Source: an uncultured Caulobacterales bacterium
Lineage (GTDB): Bacteria; Pseudomonadota; Alphaproteobacteria; Caulobacterales; Maricaulaceae
Reading direction: 5' to 3'
NCBI GenBank assembly: GCA_964636945.1
Contig: CAZWVH010000005.1
Location: 770 to 64,769 of the forward strand
Length of the DNA stretch: 64,000 nt
Shown here in pieces: positions 20,253 to 29,542 of this stretch; the stretch's first letter is position 1, and every line of letters starts with the position of its first letter. Made by a program: the position numbers and the translations under genes. A model generated the notes under the pieces. It saw nothing but the letters and a program-made list of their open reading frames with translations, had not been told where the DNA came from and made no database searches.

Positions 20253-23200
20253 TTATTCCGCCGGCTGAGGTGCGGCGCTTCCGCCGCTGCGCTTTTCTTC
20301 GATTTCGTTGGCGCCAATCAGATGGAAGCGTTCACCGTTCCACAGCCACTTAAAGTAGCGGCCGATGTCCGAGCCCAAGGCGTAAAGCGCTGGCACCAGG
20401 AACAGGGTGAGGAACAGGGCGAACACGATCGCGAAGGCAAGAGCCACCACCATGGGCTTCAAGAACTGAGCCTGGGTCGAACGCTCCATCATCATGGGCA
20501 GAACCCCGATAAATGTGGTGACGGAGGTGAGCAGGATTGGCCGGAAGCGCGCCGTACCCGCCTCGACCAGTGCTTGGAATGCACCCATGCCTTCGCGGCG
20601 CAGCCGGTTGACATAGTCGATCAGGACAAGGTTGTCGTTGATCACCACACCAGCGGCGGCAATGATCCCAAACACCGAGAACAACCCAAGCGATACCCCC
20701 ATAATCAAATTCCCGATTACGGCCCCAACCAAACAGAAAGGAATGGAGATGAGGATCAGCAGAGGTTGGAAGATCGCGCGGAATGCTATCGCGAGCAGAA
20801 AATACATGCCGACCAGCACAATCAAGAACAAGACTGAGACTTCTTGATTAAACTCATTCTGGTCTTGCCGTTCGCCCACATCAACGCGATTAACTTGGGG
20901 ATGCCGGGCGTCGAAGAATTGGTAATAATTCTGCTCTAAGTCTTGATAAACTTGGCCGAGTTCTTCCCGTTTCACGTCAGCAACCACATAGACCTCGCGC
21001 TGACGATCGCGACGCAAGATACGGTTAATGCCGTCGGCAAATGACACTTCCGCCACAGCAGCAAGCGGCACTTCTCGCCCATCATCGGTGCGGATACGGA
21101 ATTGCTCCAAGCTTTCCAGCGATTCGCGCTCGGACTTGGTTAAGCGCACCATCACACGCACGTCTTGGCCGTCACGTGGCAGCCGTTGCGCTTCAACACC
21201 ATAGAACGCATTGGCCAACTGCCGCGTCACTTCAGCTTCAGTGAGGCCCAGCGCCTGCGCGCCCGCCAACAAACTGAGGCGCGCTTCATCGGCGGCCGAC
21301 TGCATGGAGTCGCGCACATCAAATGTGGCGTCGTAGGTAGACAATTGCGCTTTCAAGTCGGTGGCGGCCGCCACGAGCGCCTCCAGATTGTCCGATTGAA
21401 GCGATACAAACACCCGGCTTTGGTTATTATTGAAGTTCGACGTGAAGTTGACTTCCTCTGCGTCGGGCACCGGCCCAAGTCGCTCGCGCAAATCCTCCGA
21501 GATTTCCGCCACGGAGATGTCTTTCGGCCGGTCTTCGGCGGGGTGAAGGCTAATCCACGCATTGATGCCGTCATCAAATGAGAATGCTGAGATGGCGTCC
21601 ACGATTGGTTTTTCGGGATAGCGCGCATTCATCTCGTCCATGAACGCCTGTTCGGCGACCTCGAGTTGCTCCTTGATCTGCAACACGCGCGAATAGGGCG
21701 TACCGTCAGGCATGTCGATTTGGACAAAGATGAAATCTTGCTCCACGTCCGGCATGAAGCTGGTTTTCACATAGCCCATGGCGAGTGCGCCGATCGACAA
21801 CACCATGAAGGAGATGAAGAGCGTCACCGTGGCATAGCGCGTGCGAATCGCCGTTGCGATCAGAGGGCGATACAGGTTGTTCGCCACCCAGATCAATCCA
21901 TCGGCGAAGCGCTTTTGGAAACGGATGAGCGGTCCAAAAAAGCCTGTCGTACGTTGCGGTTTCAGGTGCGCTAAGTGGTTTGGCAGAATCAGCAGGCTTT
22001 CCACCAAAGAAAAGCCCAACGCCGCCATCACCACCAGAGAAATCTGCCCGGTGAATTGGACTTCTGGCCCAGAAAGCAAAATCCACGGCAAAAAGGCGAG
22101 CACCGTTGTAATAATCGCGAAGATCACCGGCTTTGCGACAAGTCGTGTGCCCCAAATGGCCGCATCATGCCCTCGACGGCCGCGCTCCACCTGATTGTGA
22201 ATGTTTTCACCCACAATGATGGCGTCATCCACCACGATGCCAATGACGAGGAGAAAAGCGAATAGCGACAACATGTTCAGCGAGACGCCCAAATAGGGTA
22301 GTACTGCAATGGCGCCAAGGAATGCTGTAGCAATGCCAATGGCCACCCAGAACGCCACAATGGGGCGCAAGAACAGCATAAGCGTTGCAAGAACCAGGAT
22401 CAGTCCAATGCCCGCGCTGTTCAGGACTGTCTTCATGCGCGCAAAGTACGCGTCAGAGTCATCCCACCATAGGGTCAGGTTGACGCCCGGCGGCAGTTCG
22501 GCCTGTTTGGCCTCGATGAAGTCAGCCAGCTCGCGCTTGGTGTTCACAACGTTCATGCCCTGCTCCAGCGTGCGCAGGGCAATGATGGTCATGGGTTCGC
22601 CGTTAAAAGTGGCGTCGAAATTGGCGTCCACAAAGCCGTCGCGAACTGTGGCCACGTCCCGGACGCGGACCAAAGCGCCATCTTCGGTTTGGCGAACGAT
22701 AATATTTTCAAATTCTTCAGCATTGTTGGCTTGGTTACGCGTTGCGACGGAAACATTGCCAGATTGTGTGCGCACAAAGCCGCCGCCCACATTGACGGAC
22801 TCAGAGCGAATGGCATTCGCCACTTCCTCAAACGTCAGGCCAAACCGACGCAGCGCTTCATCCGACACCTCAATGGATACTTCCTCATCCAATGCGGCGT
22901 TGACGATGGCGCGTGATGCGCCTGGCACCTGCCGTGCGACCTCATCGCGAATGTCATCGGCAAGTCGTTTGAGCTCCAGGCGATCCACATTCCCGTGAAG
23001 CGCCATGCCCATATACCAGTTATCGTTCATCCACCGGCGCACCACAGGCCGCAGCGCTTGAGCCGGCAAATTGTTGATGGCGTCCACCCGAAGCTTCAGA
23101 TCGTTGATGAAGGGTTCCATGTCCGTAGAGCGCAGAGCCTCAATGCTCACCGAGCCAGAGCCCTCATTCGCCCGGGAGGTGATCGCTTCGATCCCCTCCA

Positions 23201-23483
23201 TGTCGGCAATGGCTTCTTCAATGCGCACCAGGATTTGTTCTTCCACTTCCGCGGGAGAGGCGCCTGGCCAAGACACGGAGACCGTCACGCCATTCCAACC
23301 CGCGGTTGGGAAGGTCAGCCGGTCCATTTGGATGTAGCCGATGATCCCGCCGATGATGGCGAGCAGCATCAGCAGGTTCGCGGCCACCCCGTTTTGCGCC
23401 CACCATGCGATCAGACCGCGGTGTTCCGTGGGTGCGTCAAATGAGCTGGGACCAGGTTCGTGTGCGTTGCCCTCGACCGACAT
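20253..23483 (-). CDS. RND efflux permease, AcrB/HAE-type
   Basis: 1076 aa, 12-TM RND layout. TM4 motif IGIVVDDAIIVGENI is AcrB-like, not the HME DFG..DGA type. Confidence 0.9.
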   Translation of the reverse strand: MSVEGNAHEPGPSSFDAPTEHRGLIAWWAQNGVAANLLMLLAIIGGIIGYIQMDRLTFPTAGWNGVTVSVSWPGASPAEVEEQILVRIEEAIADMEGIEAITSRANEGSGSVSIEALRSTDMEPFINDLKLRVDAINNLPAQALRPVVRRWMNDNWYMGMALHGNVDRLELKRLADDIRDEVARQVPGASRAIVNAALDEEVSIEVSDEALRRFGLTFEEVANAIRSESVNVGGGFVRTQSGNVSVATRNQANNAEEFENIIVRQTEDGALVRVRDVATVRDGFVDANFDATFNGEPMTIIALRTLEQGMNVVNTKRELADFIEAKQAELPPGVNLTLWWDDSDAYFARMKTVLNSAGIGLILVLATLMLFLRPIVAFWVAIGIATAFLGAIAVLPYLGVSLNMLSLFAFLLVIGIVVDDAIIVGENIHNQVERGRRGHDAAIWGTRLVAKPVIFAIITTVLAFLPWILLSGPEVQFTGQISLVVMAALGFSLVESLLILPNHLAHLKPQRTTGFFGPLIRFQKRFADGLIWVANNLYRPLIATAIRTRYATVTLFISFMVLSIGALAMGYVKTSFMPDVEQDFIFVQIDMPDGTPYSRVLQIKEQLEVAEQAFMDEMNARYPEKPIVDAISAFSFDDGINAWISLHPAEDRPKDISVAEISEDLRERLGPVPDAEEVNFTSNFNNNQSRVFVSLQSDNLEALVAAATDLKAQLSTYDATFDVRDSMQSAADEARLSLLAGAQALGLTEAEVTRQLANAFYGVEAQRLPRDGQDVRVMVRLTKSERESLESLEQFRIRTDDGREVPLAAVAEVSFADGINRILRRDRQREVYVVADVKREELGQVYQDLEQNYYQFFDARHPQVNRVDVGERQDQNEFNQEVSVLFLIVLVGMYFLLAIAFRAIFQPLLILISIPFCLVGAVIGNLIMGVSLGLFSVFGIIAAAGVVINDNLVLIDYVNRLRREGMGAFQALVEAGTARFRPILLTSVTTFIGVLPMMMERSTQAQFLKPMVVALAFAIVFALFLTLFLVPALYALGSDIGRYFKWLWNGERFHLIGANEIEEKRSGGSAAPQPAE

Positions 23484-24829
23484 TAGCCGTCTCCGTCATT
23501 TTGCGAGGAGGCTTCGACCAAAACCTGCTCGCTGTCGTCGTCTTCGTCCGCATCTTCGTCGGACTCTGCGTGTTCGCCGTCTTGCTCTCCCTCTTCGTTC
23601 TCTTCTGGGATAGGGAAAAGCAGCTCATTCGTTTCGGCGTCATAGACGTCGATGCGCATGTCTTCTTGGGCGGAAAGCAGCGCGGATGTGATGACGTAAT
23701 CGCCGGCCTCAACACCGCTTGCGACAATCACGGACTTGCGATCGGTATTGGCCACTTCCACGTCACGGATCGCCAGCGTACCGTCAAGGTTCGCGATATA
23801 GACCTGTGACGTGCCGCGCAGCGCCTGCCGTGGCAGCTCAACTGCATTCTCGATGGTGCGGCCTGCGACCTCAGCGGTCACAAACAGGCCCACGGGAAGC
23901 GGTACGCCGTTAGCAGAGCCCTCGCCGAATGGATCACGAACTTCGGCGACAGCGTAGATCACGCGTGTGCGCGGATCGATCACGCTGTCAGTCCGCATGA
24001 TGCGACCCTCCCACTCACGCTCCGCGCCGCTTACACGCCCCTTGAGAGTGACCGGTGCGCCGCTCTCAATGGATTCGGCGCTGAAGGCCACCGGCAGTCC
24101 AACCAACGCCAATTCCTGGTCTGTCAAAGGAAGCCGGATCTCAAAAATGTCAGTGGCGTAAATGCTTCCAAGCGAGCCTGACGAACCGGGCGACACGTAT
24201 TGGCCAATGTCGGCTGACTTCTGGCGGACACGGCCGGTGAACGGCGCGACAATCTCGGTGCGTTCAAGCGCCAAACGGGCGTCAGCCAGACTGGCTTCAG
24301 CGGCAGCCAATTGTGCGCGCGCTTCGGCCAATTGCGGTTCACGCAATGTGAGCGAAGAGGCCGGGCCTTCACCCAGTTCTTCCCAATCGCGGCGTGCAAT
24401 CTCTGACTCAGCACGTTCACGCTCCAGGGCGCTGCGCGCTTGAGCGACTTGGCCTTCAGCGCGAGTGACGGCCAAGCGATAGTCGGCGTCATCAATGCGC
24501 AGCAAGACTTCACCTTGCTCGAAGTAGCCGCCATCGATGAAGTTGGGGGACACATAGGTAATTCGCCCAGTCACTTGCGGCGTCAGAGTGATTTGGCTAC
24601 GCGGTCGGGTCTCACCTTGCGCGCTCACCGAAAGCGTGATGTCGCTGCGTTCAGCTTGCGTGGCGAACACCACAAGACCTTTGTCCTGTTCATCGTTTCG
24701 CTCTGGTTTCTTTTGGCCTGCCTGCATGGCGATCATACCGGCCACCGTCGCGGCGATGATCACCGCAACTGGCAGGAGCCCAAACACAAACATGCGCATA
24801 GGGCGGGTTGACGTGAAAATCGAGCTCAT
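23483..24829 (-). CDS. RND periplasmic adaptor (membrane fusion protein) with a highly acidic C-terminal tail
   Basis: 448 aa. N-terminal TM anchor, coiled-coil hairpin (LAEARAQLAAAEASLADARLALERTEI), beta-barrel domains. Its stop overlaps the RND start (TAATG) and its start overlaps the OMF stop. Confidence 0.85.
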   Translation of the reverse strand: MSSIFTSTRPMRMFVFGLLPVAVIIAATVAGMIAMQAGQKKPERNDEQDKGLVVFATQAERSDITLSVSAQGETRPRSQITLTPQVTGRITYVSPNFIDGGYFEQGEVLLRIDDADYRLAVTRAEGQVAQARSALERERAESEIARRDWEELGEGPASSLTLREPQLAEARAQLAAAEASLADARLALERTEIVAPFTGRVRQKSADIGQYVSPGSSGSLGSIYATDIFEIRLPLTDQELALVGLPVAFSAESIESGAPVTLKGRVSGAEREWEGRIMRTDSVIDPRTRVIYAVAEVRDPFGEGSANGVPLPVGLFVTAEVAGRTIENAVELPRQALRGTSQVYIANLDGTLAIRDVEVANTDRKSVIVASGVEAGDYVITSALLSAQEDMRIDVYDAETNELLFPIPEENEEGEQDGEHAESDEDADEDDDSEQVLVEASSQNDGDG

Positions 24830-26367
24830 AACGCACGCTCCAATTGCGCCGCGGTGGCGGGGTCGGATTCAAAATCAGTCAAGAAGTCGCCGCCAATGGC
24901 GACGTATAAATTCACACGGTTTACTACGCGGTCCCGGCGTACGGCGATCAGTTGACGCTCGGCGGAAATGCGCCGGCTTTGCGCGTTCAACAGATCAAAA
25001 ATCGTGCCTACGCCTCGGCTATACTCGCGTTCTGCAAGCTCCTCGGCCGCCAGCGCCTCTTCGACCGCGATCGCTAAAGCATTGTCTCGCGCGGCCAATG
25101 TCGTTTCTGCATCTAGTGCGGCCTCGGCCTCATTAAAAGCCGCCAAGGCTGTGTTGGCGTAAATCGCCAGTCGCTCGTAGGCGGATTGCTTGGCGCGTTC
25201 AGACTCAGCCAGCAAGGCGCCGCCACGGAACACGGGCTGCAAAAGTGACCCCGCCAGCCTCGACACCAAATAATCGGGATCGAACGCTTCGCTAAAATCT
25301 TCGCCATCAGTACCATAGGTCGCCGTCAAAGTCAGCTGAGGCATCAAGGCCTTGCGCGCAGCAGAAGCGCGAAATCCCGCCGCCTGTAAAGACGCTTCGG
25401 CCGAACGCAGATCTGGCCGGCGGGCGAGCAACTCTCCTGGTGCGCCCACGGTTTCCAATTCCGGCAATTGTGGCAGAGCGTCAGCGGCGTTGATTTCAGC
25501 GGACGGGTAGCGGCCAAGCAGCACTTCGAGAGATCGGGCTGCGTTGTTTTCCAAATTCTGTTGGAGCAACAAGTTGGCTTCACTTGAAGCGAGTGACGAA
25601 CGCGCCAAGCGCACATCCAGTGATGTGGCGAGACCTGCTTCGAACCGGCGCCGGGTGAGGCGCAAGGAACGCTCCTGAGTGGCGACGTCATCTTCAGCAA
25701 GCAAGGTTAAGAGCCGCGCTTGGATAAGGTCGTACCATCCGCGAGCAACCGAACCCGCCAAGGATAATTGTGCATCGTCGAAATTGGCCTGTGCGGCGAA
25801 AGCGTCCTGTTGGCCCGCTTTAGCGACATCGCGCACACGGCCCCAAACGTCGGCTTCCCAACTGGCTGACACGCCAAGTCCGGCATTGTTGGCCTCTGCG
25901 ATTGTCACGACTTCGCTGGCGGAGTTGGGATCGGCGATGACATCGTTTTGATCGATCTCGCCGTCACCGTTGACGTCTGTGGTCGGGATCGCCCCGGAAA
26001 CAGCAAATTCGTTCTGGCTTCGATCAAGGCGTGCGTCCAGGCGCGGCAGCCGCGGCGCCCCGGCGACGCGCGCGCTGGCTCGCGCTTGCTCCAGTCGAGC
26101 GGCGGCGGCAGCGAGATCGTAATTGTTTTCAAGCGCCTCAGCGATCAATGCGGACAAGGCGGGATCGCCAAAAGATGCAATCCAGTCTCCTCGCGGGGGC
26201 GCGCTAGGCAAGTCGCTTGCTGACCAGGATTGCTCCCCGTCAGATTTGCCGCGAAACATGGAAATGTTGTCGAGCATTTCTTTTCCTGGCGCAGATACAC
26301 ACGCTGTGGCTGCGAGTAATGTGCTAGTGCTCAGCACTGTTCGCAGCATCAAATATGAACCCCTCAT
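24826..26367 (-). CDS. TolC/NodT-family outer-membrane factor lipoprotein
   Basis: 513 aa. Lipobox LLAATAC with GAGGAG SD upstream. Two OEP repeats. Contains the DVNGDGEIDQND insertion described in the findings. Confidence 0.85.
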   Translation of the reverse strand: MRGSYLMLRTVLSTSTLLAATACVSAPGKEMLDNISMFRGKSDGEQSWSASDLPSAPPRGDWIASFGDPALSALIAEALENNYDLAAAAARLEQARASARVAGAPRLPRLDARLDRSQNEFAVSGAIPTTDVNGDGEIDQNDVIADPNSASEVVTIAEANNAGLGVSASWEADVWGRVRDVAKAGQQDAFAAQANFDDAQLSLAGSVARGWYDLIQARLLTLLAEDDVATQERSLRLTRRRFEAGLATSLDVRLARSSLASSEANLLLQQNLENNAARSLEVLLGRYPSAEINAADALPQLPELETVGAPGELLARRPDLRSAEASLQAAGFRASAARKALMPQLTLTATYGTDGEDFSEAFDPDYLVSRLAGSLLQPVFRGGALLAESERAKQSAYERLAIYANTALAAFNEAEAALDAETTLAARDNALAIAVEEALAAEELAEREYSRGVGTIFDLLNAQSRRISAERQLIAVRRDRVVNRVNLYVAIGGDFLTDFESDPATAAQLERAL

Positions 26368-26541
26368 TGTTCACTCCTCTCGGCCGCTAAACTACCGAAT
26401 TTATTCTCTTGGTCACTTTGTTTTTTATTGAAAAACGGTAAGGTTCGGTACAGGCGCAGTTCATGTTTGCGGTCGCACCCCCGGTTGTTCGCGCCGCAAT
26501 TGCTACACCTTCATGGCTCTACAACACCAGTGGAGACGTGT

Positions 26542-27981
26542 ATGCAAGCGCCCAAGATGCATCCACAGACCAATGAACCAGGTTCAAGACACTCCCATCC
26601 GCGCGGCCGTTGGGCTGCGCTTTGGCTAGGGTGCGTGATCCTTTTGGCGATACCTGCGTTGGCGGGAAGATTGGCGCCTGGCGTGGGCATGTTTCTGGCG
26701 GTTGGCCTTGGGCTTTGGATCTGGTTGGCCTTTCGTGTGATGTCTGCGGAACGCGAACGTGATCCGCGAGCGGTGCGCACTGCGCCTTTGGCCCGCGAGG
26801 AAAAGACAGAACTCAAGATCGCCATGGGCGCGCGGATCATGGATGTTCTTCCCGAACCGGTCATGTTGTTGGGGCGGGGCGGACGGATCATCGCAGCCAA
26901 TCCAGCTGCAAGGCGTCGGTTCGCCACAAAATTGGAGGGAGGACTACTCTCCATCGTATTGCGAGAGCCCGACGTCCTTGGCGCTGTGGCGGCGTGCGAG
27001 GCAGGCGGCGCGCCACGCCTTGTGCGATTTATGTCGCTCGCGCCTCAAGAAGAGCACGCCCGAGCATTCGTGGCCCCGCTCGTGGCGGAAGATGACCAGA
27101 TTTCGCCGCCTGCTGCCCTGGTTCTTCTTGTTATCCACGACGAAACGGCGCTGCGACGTGCAGAACGACTCAGATTGGATTTTTTGGCCAACGCCAGTCA
27201 CGAATTGCGCACGCCGCTTACATCACTTGCCGGATTTATTGAAACTTTGCGCGGGCACGCCAAAGATGACCCCGAAGCCCGGGAGTACTTTTTATCGATC
27301 ATGGACGCGCAGACAGCTCGCATGCGCCGGCTGATCAGCGATCTATTGTCACTCAGTCGCCTGGAACTCTACGAACATGTGCCGCCGGAAGGCGAAACGG
27401 ACTTGGTGGAACTGGCAAGAGACGTGGCGGCGGGGTTGGCCCCTCTCGCTGACGAAGCCAAAGTTGCGATTGAGCTTGAAGCGCCGCCCATGCCGGTTGT
27501 GGTTGCTGGAGCCCGAGATGAGCTCGTACAAGTGGCGCAAAACTTAACCGAGAACGCGATCAAATACTCGGGCGAAGGCGGCGTCGTGCGTATGTTAGTG
27601 GCCGCGTCATCAAGCCGTGAGGCCATTGAGCGAGAAACCTTGCGGGCTGGAGATGGAGACTCTCGTTTTGCAATCCTCACTCCGCCGCTGGATACGCGCG
27701 AGTACGGATGGCTCAGCGTCGCGGACTGTGGCCCAGGGATTGCGCGCCAGCACCTTCCCCGTTTGGGCGAGCGCTTTTTTCGGGTCGATGCAGAGGCCCC
27801 GCAGTCTAAGCAGGGAACTGGGTTGGGTTTGGCCATCGCCAAGCATATACTCTCCCGCCACCGGGGAGGATTGCTCGTTTCCAGTCAAGAAGGCGCAGGC
27901 GCAGCGTTTACGATGATTGCGCCCAAGGTGGCTGGCCGATCGGAAGTGAAGGCGGCTGTTGAGGAAGGTAGCGCGGTGTGA
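26542..27981 (+). CDS. phoR: Phosphate regulon sensor histidine kinase
   Basis: Start placed at ATG 26542 (uncertain). Two TM helices, a PAS-like segment, H-box FLANASHELRTPLTSL, and N/G boxes. Sits directly upstream of pstCAB-phoU-phoB. Confidence 0.8.
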   Translation: MQAPKMHPQTNEPGSRHSHPRGRWAALWLGCVILLAIPALAGRLAPGVGMFLAVGLGLWIWLAFRVMSAERERDPRAVRTAPLAREEKTELKIAMGARIMDVLPEPVMLLGRGGRIIAANPAARRRFATKLEGGLLSIVLREPDVLGAVAACEAGGAPRLVRFMSLAPQEEHARAFVAPLVAEDDQISPPAALVLLVIHDETALRRAERLRLDFLANASHELRTPLTSLAGFIETLRGHAKDDPEAREYFLSIMDAQTARMRRLISDLLSLSRLELYEHVPPEGETDLVELARDVAAGLAPLADEAKVAIELEAPPMPVVVAGARDELVQVAQNLTENAIKYSGEGGVVRMLVAASSSREAIERETLRAGDGDSRFAILTPPLDTREYGWLSVADCGPGIARQHLPRLGERFFRVDAEAPQSKQGTGLGLAIAKHILSRHRGGLLVSSQEGAGAAFTMIAPKVAGRSEVKAAVEEGSAV

Positions 27982-28010
27982 CCGGCTCACATGCAGCCGC
28001 AATCACCAGC

Positions 28011-28028
28011 TTGTCATCATGGTGTAAC
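28011..28028 (+). promoter_or_regulatory. Candidate Pho box (PhoB binding site) upstream of pstC
   Basis: TTGTCAT-CATG-GTGTAAC: two 7-nt direct repeats spaced by 4 nt, resembling the CTGTCAT-N4-CTGTCAT consensus. About 70-85 nt upstream of the pstC start. Confidence 0.5.
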
Positions 28029-28096
28029 AGCCAGAGCATAGGTTGTTGTGTCGGTTTTGGTCACACGGCGCAAAGTCGCAGTGACGCGTTACAGGA

Positions 28097-29542
28097 TTGT
28101 TTCGGATGACGCATGCGCCCATCCTTCCCATCGTTTTTTTTGCGCTGTTGGCGTTTGGCGCCTTGGCGGCGGTGGTCGGGGCGCGCACTGCGCGCGAGCT
28201 TTTACAAAATGCGGGACCGTCGCATTCCAGGCCCGGCCATTACGCTATTTACTCCGGCATTTGGACATTGGTCCCATCAATGCTGGTGCTCATGGCCATT
28301 GTTGTGTTTGGCGACGCTGCGGTCAATTTGCTTACCATCCGCGAATTTCCAAGTCTCTTCGAAGGATTGGCCGGCTATGAGCGGACCTCTTTACTAGAGG
28401 CGCTCCGTGAAACGCAAAGTGCTGGATCGGGGGGCAACGCCAGTGGCGACCAGGTGATTGTCAGCGCCGAGCACTATGTGCGGCGCGCGGATCAGATCAT
28501 GTTTATTGGCGGGGCCATAGCCGTGTTGGGCGTGGCGGCTCTGGGCATGTCTAGGGCGCGTTCAAAGATGCTCTCCGGTGTCTCAGCACGTGATGGCGTG
28601 GAAGCGGCCACCAAGCGTTTTCTGTTTTTCTGCGCGGCTGTGGCGATTTTGACCACGTTTGGCATTTTGGCGTCATTGCTGGGCGAAAGTCTCAGATTCT
28701 TCTTCATGCTTCCCGAGGACTGGTGGCGCATTTGGACTTGGGAAACGCGGGTGCCGATCAATGACTTTCTGTTTGGTTTGAAATGGAGCCCACAAACGGC
28801 GCTGCGTGAGGACCAGGTGGGGCAGTCGGGGGCGTTCGGTCTTGTGCCATTGTTATACGGCACGCTGTACATCACGGTGATCGCCATGCTCGTCGCGGCC
28901 CCCATCGGGCTGTACTCGGCGATCTTCCTGTCGGAATACGCCAGTCCCGCCGCGCGCGCTTGGGTCAAACCGATCCTGGAAATCCTCGCAGGCGTTCCCA
29001 CCGTGGTGTACGGCTTTTTCGCCCTATTGACGGTGGGGCCGGCAATACGCGTGGCGGCCGAATTTGTCGGTTTGGATGTACAGACGCAATCGGCATTAGC
29101 CGCCGGGCTGGTGATGGGTGTGATGATCATCCCCTTCGTTTCCTCGCTGTCGGATGATGTGATCAACGCCGTGCCGCAATCGCTTCGCGATGGCGCTCTG
29201 GCGCTGGGGGCCACAAGATCAGAGATGATCAAGAATGTGGTTTTGCCCGCAGCATTGCCCGGCGTTATGGCGGCGTTATTGCTTGCCATTTCCAGAGCCG
29301 TAGGCGAGACCATGATTGTGGTGATGGCGGCCGGACAAGCGGCCAACATTTCTGCCAACCCACTGGAAAGTCTCACCACCATCACCGTTCAGATCACCAA
29401 GTTTTTCACCGGCGACCAGGCCTTCGACAGCGCCAAGACGCTGTCAGCGTTCGCACTTGGATTGGTGCTTTTTACCCTGACCCTCGCGATGAACGTGGTC
29501 GCCCTTCGGATCGTCAAGACATACCGGGAGAAGTATGAGTAG
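28097..29542 (+). CDS. pstC: Phosphate ABC transporter permease PstC (long form)
   Basis: 481 aa. Extended N-terminal region, then the PstC core (GLVPLLYGTLYITVIAMLVAAPIGL..., EAA-like loop ALGATRSEMIKNVVLP). Confidence 0.9.
   Translation: MFRMTHAPILPIVFFALLAFGALAAVVGARTARELLQNAGPSHSRPGHYAIYSGIWTLVPSMLVLMAIVVFGDAAVNLLTIREFPSLFEGLAGYERTSLLEALRETQSAGSGGNASGDQVIVSAEHYVRRADQIMFIGGAIAVLGVAALGMSRARSKMLSGVSARDGVEAATKRFLFFCAAVAILTTFGILASLLGESLRFFFMLPEDWWRIWTWETRVPINDFLFGLKWSPQTALREDQVGQSGAFGLVPLLYGTLYITVIAMLVAAPIGLYSAIFLSEYASPAARAWVKPILEILAGVPTVVYGFFALLTVGPAIRVAAEFVGLDVQTQSALAAGLVMGVMIIPFVSSLSDDVINAVPQSLRDGALALGATRSEMIKNVVLPAALPGVMAALLLAISRAVGETMIVVMAAGQAANISANPLESLTTITVQITKFFTGDQAFDSAKTLSAFALGLVLFTLTLAMNVVALRIVKTYREKYE

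Noticed and set aside
20238-22998. Plus ORFs 20238..20837, 21165..21581, 22309..22998 and others across the RND pump gene
   Set aside because: All are antisense to a 1076-aa AcrB-type CDS. Their composition is typical of GC-rich shadow frames.
20253-26367. The OMF-MFP-RND gene order suggested a heavy-metal (Czc/Cus-type) efflux system
   Set aside because: The pump's TM4 motif is VVDDAIIVGEN (AcrB/HAE-like) rather than the HME-type DFG...DGA...VEN, so a metal-efflux call is not supported.
28492-29385. Minus ORF of 297 aa inside pstC
   Set aside because: Antisense to pstC, which has strong family motifs and operon context.
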